From: Pseudovirgaria hyperparasitica
Lineage: Eukaryota
NCBI GenBank assembly: GCA_010093815.1
Contig: ML996567.1
Direction: 5' to 3' (one strand)
DNA: 64,000 bases
Below are positions 38,170-50,682 of this stretch, piece by piece. Position numbers and translations under genes: made by a program. Numbering within the stretch: the first letter of the stretch is position 1; each line of letters opens with the position of its first letter. The notes beneath the pieces were generated by a model. That model made no database searches. It was not told where the DNA came from and saw only the letters and a program-made list of their open reading frames with translations.

Positions 38170-38765
38170 CGGGGATGCGGTCACATGTGGGCTTTTCCTC
38201 TCCCTTTTCTTTTCGATTTTGCGGAGGAGGGGCGTGACGATATCGAACAAGCAGTGTTCGTAGCCGGAGTTGAGCGGGGCTGGGTGTCGTGATGTTAGGC
38301 TTGGGCGCGGAGAGGGGTCGAGGAGGCAATGTTGATACGATGGCCTTGGAAGTCCGGGGACATTGCTGTGATTTGATTATAATAATGATCTTCAGGCAGG
38401 TTTATTGGGTGTAAGTGCGTGCGTCGTGCTCGTCATGGTGTCGTCAGATGCTCGGACATTGTGCGCGAGAAATAAAAGAGAGAGATTATGTATTTGCCGC
38501 CTGCGGTCTAACTGTGTATGATGTCCAACGCGCGACTCGGCATAATTCATCAGTGCAGTGAACAGACAGCAAAACAGAAATATGCTGATTGCGGAGAAAC
38601 GCGCTCGCTCGCTTGCAATAACGCTTGCAGAAACCATGCTGATGCCATATGTCCGCGTTTTCAGATGAAACAGAATAGAAGAAGCGCCTTACTATGCGAG
38701 CCGAACGAATGTAGCGGACAAAGGAAACATACGTGCTCATCACAGGACCTGCCTGGTTAGTCCAC

Positions 38766-40643
38766 TCAAGCACTTTCGATCTGCACCCGCTGGCTTTTCC
38801 TGTGCTCGGGAACTTCTCCCAGCTGCACTACAGTCGGCACCATAGCCTTGCGCTCGCCGAATCTCTCCAGTCCGTCTTTGTCTGCGCACAGTCCCATGCT
38901 ATCCTTTCTGCTCCCAGTGGGGCCTCTGGACCTCGTCAGGCTCACGCTCCGCGCAATGCCAACCTGTACCGTGCCATTCCTCATACGACTGGGCTCTAGC
39001 GTCTTCGGTAGACGGCAAAGTGCTTCTGCGGTTGGCGGAGAAGTGGGCCTGGACGATTTGCGGGGCGGAAGCGGAGAGCGCTTGCTGGTCTGTCCTTTTG
39101 GAGGGGACAAAGTTGGAGGAGATGATATAAGAGCTGGAGATGCGTGTGTGGTAGTCACATGGTCTTGTTTGACAATACCTTGTGACAACTCTTCGGATGG
39201 TTCCTCGGTCAAGCAAGTAATGTGGCGTGAATTGGCGGCATCGTCGATTGCAGACGCTTCTTGGGAGAGAGGAGTTTCGTTGATAGCAGGGTACTGAGGC
39301 GAGCCAGAACTAGGCGAAGTGGTGGTTTTATTGAACCTATCTGGCTTCAGAGATGAGAAAAATGCCCGAGCTGGTGATTGGACAGGTTCTGTTTGCGAGC
39401 GGAGTAGTGGACGACGTATCTCGGTGTCCTGTGGGATTGGTGACGGAGCTCGTGAAGCTCGAGTATCAGGTGGTGGAAATAAGGAAACTGCAAAAGAGGG
39501 TGAATTGTATGATGGAGAACTTGCACGGCGCAATGGCTTCAGGTGAGTCCGGTTGGCTGATTGAGTCTGTGGTGGTCAGCTAAGAATTGCAGATACGATC
39601 AGCTCTATGATACGGACATTGACTGTGAACTCATCGAGTGGTCTCGATGTATGGCCATTACTATTTTGCCGCCTTGAGAGGAGCGAAGAAGACTCGTCCG
39701 GTCTCAGCAAGTGCCCAAACATAACACTGTACCGTTCCATCTGCGACTCGGGTATATCGATGTCCAGCATCAACCCCGAGGACTTCGGCTTTATCGATGT
39801 CGAGACCGGGATAGATGTCGCGTCCGGAGCATCGATAGTGACGGCCGGAATTCGTGAACCATTACCCTTTGGTGGTGGCGCCGGATTCGGCTCTTCGTTA
39901 TAACGATCTGATGATGATTTCTGTTTCTTCATGGACTGCGATGGTTTTACCGTCCTGCTCTTGGTAGGCTCACTCTCTCCTCTCCTCCGTGGACTCGGCC
40001 TCTTCCTATCCTCCTCTGACACCAGCGGTGACCCCTGCTTCGGTACCAATACGTGTCGCGGTTGGTCCGGATATGTGCGATAGTCCAACGGCGTCGGCAC
40101 ACGTTGTATCTGCACCTGGTAGAAAGGCTTGCTTGGCAGAGTCCCAGCCTGTTTCTTTCCGAAAATTGATCTCCAGCGACTGAGCTTCTGATCTGGCTTT
40201 TTATCGCCGTGATCGCTGGTGTTGGTTGATGATGGGGCTGGGCTTGCAGTTCTCGAGTCGCAGGACGATTCAGGACGATTCCAAGCGACTGCTTGGGATG
40301 GGCTCCCCAGCGCCATACCTATTGTGGGATCGTCGTATACCTCCGCAGTATAGTACACACTCGTCGAGACAGGTATCGAGTCGGCTGAAGGCTTCTCCGG
40401 ATTCGCAGTTCGAGGCTCATCCGATCGCCGGACGGTTCTCAGAGATCTCGACTTCCTGAGACCAGCACGTTGGGGAACACTAGCCGTGGCATCTTGCGAT
40501 GCCGTCGGCCTAAGAATGTATAGTTCATTGCGTGATGCTGCCTCGGCTCCGGTGACAGCGGATTGTGACACGTCATTTCCACACCGAGCGTCCTTCTGCG
40601 ACTCCCGGAGTCTCAAAGATCTGGATCGTCCGAGGATTGGCAT
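38766..40643 (-). CDS. Hypothetical S/P-rich, largely disordered fungal protein (2 exons)
   Basis: Two long ORFs joined in frame by a GTCCGT...CTGAC...CAG intron (~39567-39617). Short motif-like islands IGMALGSPS, KLSRWRSIFGKK, LDIDIPESQMERYSVMF and VGIARSVSL. Confidence 0.8.
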
Positions 40644-40796
40644 CGTGTACTATGATGAGCCGTGAATGGAAATGACCGGACAACGCAATGCGTTACGGAA
40701 GAACTGCCACACAAAAGACGATATCGAAGAGAAAGTGTGTCGAGGCAGCGAGGATCAGAGAAGAAAAGACAGGCCAACCCAACAGGACCCCCGCTA

Positions 40797-40835
40797 CAGA
40801 TTAATCATGGCCAGATTAATCATGGCCAGATTAAT
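40797..40835. repeat. 15-bp tandem repeat CAGATTAATCATGGC x2.6
   Basis: Read directly from the sequence; lies about 150 nt upstream of the 40643 start. Confidence 0.9.
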
Positions 40836-41744
40836 TACTGACCCCGACAAATGAAGGGAAATTGAAGCCCTGCAAAAGGGTACAAGGAACACTTTAGCCT
40901 TGCTACCCATGTCGTAAGTTGAGGAATGCCAGCACGAGCCAGTAAAAGCGCTTGAAACACACTATTGCATGCATGAAATTCAGTCGACGTCGAATCATAT
41001 TAATAGGTATTGCAGAATACAGGGAGCGCCCTAGAATAAGGTAGGGCACTTGTCAACGACAGATCCCAGCGTGCGAATGTCTCACGGCGTCATTTGCAAC
41101 ACGGTTGGTGTTTCATCTTCAGCGCCACCACCAACCACTACGCCCTGTCATGCATGTGCCAATCTCCCGTCCCGAAATGCAGCCGTTCCTATATGATGAT
41201 GATGACAATGGTGTATCTGCCGGATAACAGCGGGAGGGCTGCACAGGGCTGTGGAGAGAGACTACAGAAGCATGTATGTCGGCGTGAGATGGTTTGATGG
41301 GAAAACAGTAAAGAAGAAAATTGGAATGGATATATATGCTATCTATAGAACGACGGCCCCACATGGGCCAATCAGCCGCCTACCACGTGACCGCATTTCC
41401 GTTGTGGCGGCGCATTGACTATATCAGAATTTCAGAAACAGCCACAGTCCTCTCTGTTATTTCCCAAAAGCGACAACAGTACACAATACACTTTGTTGCT
41501 TGCTTTCCATCTTAATCCATCTGGATCTTAAACTTCCATGCCACGTCAGATCATCACGGCCCACAGTTGACGAGCCGAACCGTCTTTCTCCAAACGTCGC
41601 ACACAGCATACTTCGGTTTCGAAACTCCACTTGGTGTCCACCAGAACTCATGCATTAGCTTCCTGTGCCTTGCCTCCGGCACACTCGATAGTGCGGCTGG
41701 GGCGTCAGTACATGAGCACCATAGAAGGGGGATTGCCCTACTCT

Positions 41745-42905
41745 TTACAGGCGGTAGCAGATATTATGCGCAATTGAAGGCAAACGAGCGCGTAGCTCAG
41801 CTCCTCGGAGGCGTAACAGACCATGACAGCCAGAACAAGGACCTTGCTCCTGGTCTATGTGGCAGAAACATATCTGCCCCATTTTCCCCTTGACTCCTCC
41901 TTTATCCGTTGCGTAGGCATGGCTGATATCGATACAACCGAGGTGTAGAAGCTTTGATGTTGTCTCGAAGATCAGGTCCCATTGATCACGTTCGAGCCAG
42001 CCTTTCACACGGATGTAGCGCAAATCAGGATGCGACATGAGTCTCACTGCTACATCCAAGTTTGCCGCAAAGTATTCTGGCGGAAAACACATCCCGAGGC
42101 GAAACAATCCTTTCGGTGCGTTTTGCGTTCCCAGCACTTCATACAACTGCTGTCTTGATGTAAGATTCTCCATGTTTCTATTACCAATGTCGAGTTCTTT
42201 CAGGTTTCTTGCGTTCATAATAAGGTCTAGGCCCACTCTGACCCCTTCTCTAAAGAAACCCCATCCGAGTACGAGAGTTGTCAGATATTTGCCCCACGTA
42301 TGGAGGAACGTTGGCGACCTGTACAGAGACAAGTGTAAATGATGCGTCACCAACTTGCAACTTCGGACCCCCTCTTCCAGATCAACATGTGTGAAAGGAA
42401 CACCATTGAGCGCAACCATTCCCAAGACAACAGCCCATTGATCTGTGCACGTGAAGCATCGCTCGGATATAGCTGCTTTGGTATCGTAATGACTGAGTCG
42501 ATCGACCTTTTTGCAATTCACCAGGCGTTCCTTGATAAGCGAGAAGAGATCTGTAAACCGAGTAGAGGTCAGGTCGAGCCGTCCAGACGAGTCGCGGGCC
42601 CAGATCAATCGACTGGCCTCGTTCTCAACCCGGCTCCCATGGGTTAGTAGAAGCCTCTGGACAGAGAAGCGCAGCTTTTCATGGTGTGCAACACGACAAA
42701 GACGGTCAGTTTTCTTGGTCGAGAAGTCTAGCTGGAAAGTACCAAAATACCGCTGGCCAAACGCGTCCCAAGAAGCATCGTGCAGGGCAGAGCAGGTAAG
42801 TCGTACATTCTTAATGTCCTTTTTCGAATCGTTCTTCCCATCGTCTAGGAGACTCATCGTATGGATAAGTAACTCCAGTGGAAAGTGCAACAATAAAGTG
42901 GGCAT
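41745..42905 (-). CDS. F-box-like protein with an LRR-like C-terminal region
   Basis: N-terminal LLHFPLELLIHTMSLL...IKNVRLTCSALH pattern and repeated LxxLxL motifs. The 3' end is uncertain. Confidence 0.7.
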   Translation of the reverse strand: MPTLLLHFPLELLIHTMSLLDDGKNDSKKDIKNVRLTCSALHDASWDAFGQRYFGTFQLDFSTKKTDRLCRVAHHEKLRFSVQRLLLTHGSRVENEASRLIWARDSSGRLDLTSTRFTDLFSLIKERLVNCKKVDRLSHYDTKAAISERCFTCTDQWAVVLGMVALNGVPFTHVDLEEGVRSCKLVTHHLHLSLYRSPTFLHTWGKYLTTLVLGWGFFREGVRVGLDLIMNARNLKELDIGNRNMENLTSRQQLYEVLGTQNAPKGLFRLGMCFPPEYFAANLDVAVRLMSHPDLRYIRVKGWLERDQWDLIFETTSKLLHLGCIDISHAYATDKGGVKGKMGQICFCHIDQEQGPCSGCHGLLRLRGAELRARLPSIAHNICYRL

Positions 42906-43390
42906 CTTGAGGTGATTGGTGCGAGAAGTTGAAGAGGCAGTATTAAGGAAAGAGGAAGACCAGAAGAGCTCAAGAAATAAAGGAACACCTGCCTGGCCGG
43001 AGGTGGGAGGTCTTTATGATGGTTTCACCAATGAGAACACCATTGAGCGCGTCCGACTGATTGTGTGCGCCTCATGTTTTGGGAGGTGAACATGCGGCAG
43101 CCGAACAGGCTACAGTGGAGGAAAATTGTTGACATGATTCACTACGGTCATGCATGTACTATTACCATCCGACCGTGTAACAGGCCTTTCCCGCGTCCAC
43201 TAGGGCTTTCGAAGCATTAACTGAACACTCTGGCCGTCGATAAACAATTGTGTCGCTAAAACATTACACAGTATACACACAAAGAACGTTGAAATAATGG
43301 GTATACCCGCCGGCCATCAAAATAAACCCGTACGCCTGCCTGCTCATGAATCATCGCCATATCACAACATCACAATCTGATCTGCTTAGC

Positions 43391-45157
43391 TTAGCTCCCC
43401 TCCTTCTCCTGCAGCGCAAACGGAATATTGATATCGAAATCCTCACTCGGCCCGGCCACCCTGTTAAACACGCACCTCGCAATCTCCTGCACGTCCTTGG
43501 ACATACTGGCCGAATGCTCCAGATATATATGATTCATCAGCGTCTCGGCATTCCCAAAGATAGGGGTCCCACGACTCGCCACACTGCACAGAATGCACCC
43601 GTAATTACACCTCTCGCTATCGCCAGTGCCATCCGCCGCCGGCCCGGTCTTCTTGGCATGGCTCTTCGCGAGGAAAGCCCATTTATAGCGAATCCCGCAC
43701 CCGGACACGTGGACGTTAGGGTCGATGACAATGTGGGGTTTCTGGCCGAACGCTTTGCCGCTGAAGGAGCAGGAGCGGCATTGCCAGACTTTCATGCTAC
43801 CGTACATGCCCGAGGGCAGTGTGACGAGCGAGATGCCTTTGCTGAACTCTTCGCGGCAGCTCCACGCGCCTTTGCAGAAGCCCCAGTAATTGTTGCTTTT
43901 GGAAGGCCGGCCGAGCATCGATTTTGGGTTGCCGGGCATCATGATTGTGTCTGTCTTGCGCGAAAAGAGGAAGGAACGATCAGGATTGCTGTACGAGGAC
44001 TTTCTGTTTTGTGCCGCTGGGTTGGTGCGCTCGTAGCCTGGGTGGAAGCCTGAGAATGGGCTGTCTGGTGTGATAGGGGAGGATCCAATGTAAGGCGATG
44101 CGTCTGGCTGGGGAGAACTGTTGGCAGCCAGTTCATATGCTCCGATAGATGGGACAGAGCTTGTGCGGTTACTGCCCGAATAAGAATGGACGCTCTTCGT
44201 AGAATTGGAATCTTGACGCATAACACTGTCGTGTCTTGGAGCTTGTGAAGCACAAGTCGGAGTAGACATGGTAATGTGGAAGGCGTTAAAGTCAGGTATA
44301 AGATCGTTGCCACCATCGCGGGTCGCAATATGTCGAGAAAGCCAGTCGAAGTTTGGAAGAAGTTCGATGCGGCTGCTTTCCATAGGTCTCCTCGATGATG
44401 GTCGCCGTGCTACCGATAACAGTTTACCTAGCCCGTGCTGTGGTTCGTGATCGATCGCGGGGAGCGTCACCGCAGAGGGGACAAAATCAGCTGCCATGGT
44501 ATTGGCCGTCATGAAAGTCCGGACGGAGTCCATGGATGTTCTTCCCTCCAGGTCAACGGTAGGAGGCCGTAGCGATTGCTCTAGCGGTAAACTCATGTAG
44601 ATTCGTTGCTTGAGCTCATCCAACGCCGTGATTGTGTCACGACGGTTCATGATGGAAGTCTCATTGAGCAAAGTGAGGTCAAGGACTGCATTTTCGTACT
44701 GTATCGCAATCTGGAGGCTTCTTATGATTTCAGCTTGCATCATGACCGCTATGTGGAGCAGCCGATCGCGAGCAAGAGCTGCACCAGTCAGTACGTGCGG
44801 TATACTGACGGCTAGCAGGGAGTTTGGCAATACTTACCATCGCCAGTACGGAACCTGGGACCAATCTCTCTACAGTCTGCCTGGTACCGCTGATTGACTT
44901 GAATTTCACCGCTCTGCAGTGACTCCTGCAAGGCCTTTTCCCTATACGCCTGCTCTTTCTTGCTCTTTCTCTTCTTCTTGATGAGCTTCACCAGCTCGGA
45001 CCCGCCATGAAAGGCCGATATAACGGCCGAGACAGCAGCGACAACCTGATGCGACCACAGTTAGTGGCGGTGCTACTGGTACTGTCTCTCATTGGAATCC
45101 TGAACGACGCGGCACGACTGTGGCAGGGATACCTGGACATACCTCGAGACCGGACAT
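43391..45157 (-). CDS. Hypothetical protein: helical N-terminal domain + C-terminal Cys/His-rich domain
   Basis: Exon MSGLE, intron (GTATGT...CTAAC...CAG), then VVAAVSAVISAFHGGSELVKLIKKK, and a second intron near 44785-44838. C-terminus NNYWGFCKGAW...WQCRSCSF...KWAFLAKSH...YGCILC...LMNHIYLEH. Confidence 0.8.
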
Positions 45158-46134
45158 CTCAGGAGATGCACGTCCAGCCTAGAAGGCTAGAGACGCGCGC
45201 GGTCTAGATCTAGACGAGGTGCTTTATATAAGAACAACGAACGCCTGTCAATAAGGTAGATAGATGGAACCTTCAGAACGCAGGACGGAGAATAAGAAAA
45301 GGTAAGAAGTAAAAGACAGGTCCAGGCAGCACCAAGAGCCTTATTCTAGATTCTAGGGGAACGAAGAGCTCGGCAGCTCAGCCCCGGAAGGCTTCAACGC
45401 CATCCTTGGCTATTCAAAGGAATACTGAAATACGGACCTGGTCAAGAACGCCTCGTTCACAGATTCAGTGTCGTGGAGGCCTATCAGCTAGGCGTGTTGT
45501 ACGAGAGTCGGCTGTGCTGCAAGCCACAGTCTCGATGCGGGAGAGGGGCACGCGGTCTGGAGTCCCCAAGGAGACCATGACATCCTAGGAGATAGAAGTC
45601 TACAACAAAGCCGCAACTCTCGCAGACGTATGCCAAGTTACGTATGCGAAGCTTCGTTAGTATAAGCATCTCTTGTGTGAAGCGTGACAAGAGGTTGCCT
45701 GTGAAGGGTAGCCCTCAACTGCCAAGATAGTAAATCGGTGAGGCGAACTAGTGAATCAATGAATAGGTTCAGATGTTAGCAAGGGGAGTTTTGGCTTACT
45801 CGCATGCGACATGCTCTGGGGTCAGTAGGCAAGCCTGGCATGAGAAGTTCCTCCAGTCATTTGACTTCCCGTGCAGAAGCTGACAATATCAAGGATGACA
45901 TGGACTGGCGCCAGGGATGCAGAATAATTATCAAGAACGAAGGTTAAGTAGTCTAGTCGTCATTTCATGCTTCAAGGACTCTATCTAGTGTAGGTCCGGA
46001 ATACGTTTTGTGTGGTATGTAGGGGTTGGTATAGACAGTTACCGAAACGCCGCCAACAAGGCCTGTGGTAGGATGCAATAAGAAATCAAGATGCCCAGAA
46101 ACACAATTCCAGGATTGAAGCACTCGAGCTTCCC

Positions 46135-46903
46135 TTACATAACCACACAGCAAGAGTTCTGCTTCTTCGCCTGGCAATGGATTAGCTTTATAATCACGTT
46201 TGTTAGGCAAGTAGTCGGCATACCCCTTTGTAGAATTGCCTGCTCGAGTAGCTCAGGTCGTTACTTTGGTCAACCAACTTGTCTAAATTCTGTCCACGTT
46301 GAAGGACACTCTCGATGGTCTTGTGCAGCACAATCTTCGTCTCATCCAACTCCCTCTGTATCTTCATAATATTGTCTGCTTGCTCTGGATCCTGGTATTT
46401 CCTTATGTATTCGTCGAGTTCCGGGAATCTGTACGTCCCAACAGGGACACTGTCTTGTGTAAGTGTGGCAAAAGTCGCTCGCGGGTGTTTCGTGAGAAAT
46501 TCATCGGTAATCTTGGAAAGGAGTTGATGTGCGACCAGACTAGGGTATTGCGAGTCCGAAATTATGATTCCTGCAATACCCTCAGAGCGACCATATGCGT
46601 GGAAGACATATTGTTCTTGTTCGGCGTCGTGACGTTGCCCTGGCTTGATTCCCTCAGCTACGCCTTTGCTGAAGACCGTCATGAATTCTCCGACACTGTC
46701 GCAGGTCAGTAAAACCCATTGATGGAAGTCGTCTAGTGGCTTACGCATTCTTTTGTAAGAATCCATAGCTGCTCAAGTCCTTGACTGCGCAAAGCTCAAC
46801 TATCGGCTTGGCGTCGTTCTTGAGAATCTGGTAAAGGCGTTTAGTCAGGCTGCTTCTGAAGCTTCTCAGGCCGGCAACGTACGCCCATATAATAGATCTT
46901 CAT
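46135..46903 (-). CDS. YKT6: Longin R-SNARE Ykt6
   Basis: MKIYYMG micro-exon, YQDPEQADNIMKIQRELDETKIVLHKTIESVLQRG, C-terminal AKKQNSCCVVM (CCAAX). Confidence 0.96.
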
Positions 46904-47679
46904 GATTGCGTATGGTCGCAGCAAAGTCTCAGGCTCGGATTGTATTCGATGAGGGACGACGTATTTGGTGAGGGCTTGTAGGGTGCGAGGGAGATGTAGA
47001 TACGTGACGGATCAGACGAACATTGAATTCATGTCAGGTGCAGCTACGTAGCACTGACCTTCGGGAGGGTCGGGAGACCGAGGCTGACGCTGACCTAATC
47101 CATTCATTGGCTTAAGTTCAATGAGATTGGCTTGGCGAAGTCTAAGATTTACATCTTTGACCATTTAATCTTGACATGTTCCAGCCTTGTATCTGCTCAT
47201 CTCAGGAGATCGTCTGTCATATCTTGGAGAAGTCACAGAATCACTCGCGCTTTGATGATGTGAATAATTCAATTCATCAACCGATCAATTATCCTGCTCA
47301 TCGCCTATGCAACAATGTGTTTGGCTTATGCCCAGAGTCACCCTCTAGAACATCGCCCCAAGCAAATAGTATATCACACATGCCCTCCCCACGTGATCTT
47401 CAAGATAGTTGGCAGATCTACGATTGCCATGCCGGATCTGCGTCAGTTCATTCCAGCGGCAGGACTAATTAGACTCCTGTGGAAAGATGCTTGAAACCTC
47501 TTCCGGGTTTGTGTACTTTCATCTGATGGGTCTCGATCGAAGAAACATGGGCGTCAAGGATGAAAGGCAAAGGCGTTTGATGCTACACGATTCCGGGAAT
47601 CCGGCAACCTGGCCGAGCGAGATTCCTGATCATGAATCCGAAGCTCATCGCCACCGATCCGTGGTACAGTACATAAGAA

Positions 47680-48461
47680 TTATATTCTGAGTATATTTCT
47701 GTACATAGACTGCGTCTCCTCACCAATCTCCTGGATCTCTCGTCTCGACATGAAGCCTTCCTTGTCATCATCATCGAGATCTCCTGCGACGGACCGGACA
47801 TTTGCCTCATAGTTCTCGAACAAGAATTGGATATCTCGAACATCCCGAAGCTCCTCTCGGCCGTTACAATGCCAAAGCTTCGTCTTCAGCATATAAAAGA
47901 TGTCGAGAGCGTAAAATGTGTATTCGTAGCCTTCAACGGTTCTGTGAAGGCTCTCGATATGATCCGGAAGTCGACTCGCACGGGGGGTCCCCTTACTAGC
48001 TTCACGGAATCAATATCTCTCGTGTCTTCATGACTTCATATAGAGATAAACAACATACAGGGGAACACCAGATCAACCTCAACCATGACCGACTCTGTAC
48101 ACCCAAGATCGCGCTCCGCGGGACCAGTCTTGACGAAAATCTTGAGTACACCAGAAACCATCCGGGTATTAGGTATGCGCAGTCTGGAGCATTGCTCAAC
48201 GATGTGCCGAACTTTTAAAGGGGTACTGTTCACGATCATGTCAATGTCGTTTGTAACGCGGCGTGAGCCGCGGCAAAGCATTGCAAAACCTCCCATTACA
48301 ACACATTTGATATTATTGGCATCAAACATCTGTTGAATGAACGCTGCTGCTACGAACAAGTTTGCGATGGGCTGGCCTTGAGGATGCTTCAGACGCTCGT
48401 CGCCAGCGTCGTAGTCTGCCGGATCATATGTTTCAGCTTGGATGATGAGTTCGTCGCGCAT
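47680..48461 (-). CDS. Nucleotidyltransferase-fold protein, AbiEii-like
   Basis: VMGGFAMLCRGSRRVTNDIDM (GG...T.D.D) and EVDLV. After an intron (~48000-48058): LKTKLWHCNGREELRDVRDIQFL (K...R...RD..D). The start codon is uncertain. Confidence 0.7.
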
Positions 48462-49001
48462 TCTGATGGAACAGAGTGGAAGATGTATATCACGGGTTTT
48501 GGTGGCTCAGGTAGGTCGAAGACAAAGTCTTGTATGTTCATTGTGGTGGTTCGTTTGCGGTTGTGCTGATGCGCGTGCCACAAACTTCTAGGCAGCAGCA
48601 TTTGGGATACAGTCTCGCCATGCCACTTGATGCTCTCGTTCAGGGGTTGGCTTAGTGTTGCTTGACATATGTTGGGTGATTCAATAACTAATCAATACGG
48701 TAGACGTATTTAGTCGTAAGGAAAGAACGTTGGCACAGCGAAGAGGAGGATGTCAACCAATTCACCTGGACATCGGCCCACGCTTTGATTTATTCCTATT
48801 TCAGCTAGCCCTACTTCCACATGAGGAATGCACATTCTCATGCATTTCATTGTTATCACGTTTTTAACGCCTCTTTTGATGTTAAATTCTCTATTGCAAT
48901 CCAGGCTGCAAAGACCATCCAAATATTATCTGTTAACCACTGGCTGTTGCATTCATATCAAGTCACACGATACCTCAACACGTCCGCTTCAACTTTCGAA
49001 C

Positions 49002-50682
49002 ATGGCTCATCAATCTTATTTACCAACAACGCTCCTGGATTTACTATCGAATTCGCTAGTTTTGCGCAATACTACTCCACATCTACCTCTCGCGTCGACG
49101 TTCGCCCTTTCGGCTACTTGCAAAGCATTCAGAAACCTTTTGATCGATACGCAGACTCCTGACGCATTTCGATACGTGGATCTGTCACAAGTCAAGAGCG
49201 CCGACATCAAGGTTGACAAAACGAGTCATATTTACTCTGGGTACTGCAACTGGAAGACCCTGAAAAGGGACGAGACGCTGACCGAGGATGAATTTTACGG
49301 CGGTCCATTGTCAAGAGTGTTCTCGAAGATGTCAGGGAGTATTCTTCTCAAGAATGTACAGACGCTGATTCTGGACGGCTTGTGGGTTCCAGATGATATA
49401 GTCCGAGACATCATCTGTAAGGATCGGTTCAACGTTCGCGTACTCTCCATTCGAAGTGCAAAACACCTCGATCAGCAGAAATTAAGGCAAGTCCTCAACG
49501 ACGCCGTTCGGCCTGTTCGAGCTAAAGGTACTCCTCGGCTAAGGCTACTGTACCTATTTGGACCAAAAGACAGTGCGCTTCGCTCACAAGCCAAACTTGC
49601 AGGCTATCAAGTCTCCAGGGGAATCCGCGGCCCCCAGGGAGGTGCTGAGTGGAAGAAGAAGTCCACGACGGCACTTGGATCATCCTTACCTGAGAAATGG
49701 TATGCACCAACAGGTCGTATGTTCGACAAGAATATGGGCAAAGACTGGGCTGGTACGCTCAAAGCCTGCGAAGGGATCATTGCATTTGATGCAGTGCTTT
49801 GTCGAGGACCCGGTCATCAACCAGATTACATATCATCTTACGCGGGAGACTGTGTTCTAGCACCAGCAGTTGCAAACATAGCCCTCGGGCACTCTGGCTG
49901 TGTTGCTTGCTCCTCAAGTCCTGAAGGTGCTGCGGTTTTTGGGCAACTACCAAGTCATTGCTTCCCTCTCCTTAGCCCACCACCACGGCTCTCAACAACT
50001 GTTCACGCGGCACAACGACCACACAATTCTGGTGAACCAGCGAAATTTATCGCACGTTGCGAGGACTGTCTCACGCATAGGTGGTGTGAGCAGTGCAATC
50101 AGTGGTGGGATGAGCGCTGTTATCCCGTCAGCAAGCTTGCTACGAAGGACGCGATGGGAGATCTCAAGGTAATTCTAGACCGCTACCTGGATTGTCTTGA
50201 AGTCGTACCACAGTGAAGATGTCCATGTACAAGTTTTCCACTCGGCTTCATGTCGTGGTAGTCTTCTGGGCGGAGTAAATGTTTTGACATTAAATAAGTG
50301 TCAGGTACCTCTTTATATTTTGGGAATGCAATATCCTGAACTGAACGATACTGACAGACTCAATTATAGCCGAAGCCACTTGTCAAGCTAGAATGCCTGA
50401 GGTGCGGTCCAGTGGTAATATCATATCGTCCTAAGTCCATTAGGACTGTTTACTGAATTTTCGCAGTGCGGCGATTGTAAAGACCGCTATACAAGAGTGT
50501 GCCGTCGATGTCGAAATAAACACTGCATCGTGCACAAGAGCAGTCCGTCGGAGAGTTTGGTATGCTTTATTCCTTCACGTATCGATGATGTTTTGCCGTC
50601 GTTTAGAGCTGACAGTACTTAACGGTAGTGCTATTGCTGCCATCGCCGTCGCATCGTGGAGTTCCAGAGCTATACCCATTGA
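49002..50682 (+). CDS. F-box-like protein with a Cys-rich C-terminus
   Basis: LLDLLSNSLVLRNTTPHLP...ALSATCKAFRNLL, VQTLILDGL, CEGIIAFDAVLCRGP, RWCEQCNQWW. Spliced tail (introns 50169-50369, ~50415-50467, ~50561-50628) gives ECLRCGPVCGDC...CRRC...CYCC. Confidence 0.78.

Noticed and set aside
41540..41750. Possible continuation of the F-box-like gene past its stop, or a YRL peroxisomal signal
   Set aside because: Downstream frames contain stops and no clear splice solution was found; YRL is not a canonical PTS1.
47035..47095. Small palindrome and hairpin (GCTACGTAGC; GACCTT-CGGG-AGGGTC) upstream of YKT6
   Set aside because: Too short to distinguish from chance, with no ncRNA boxes.
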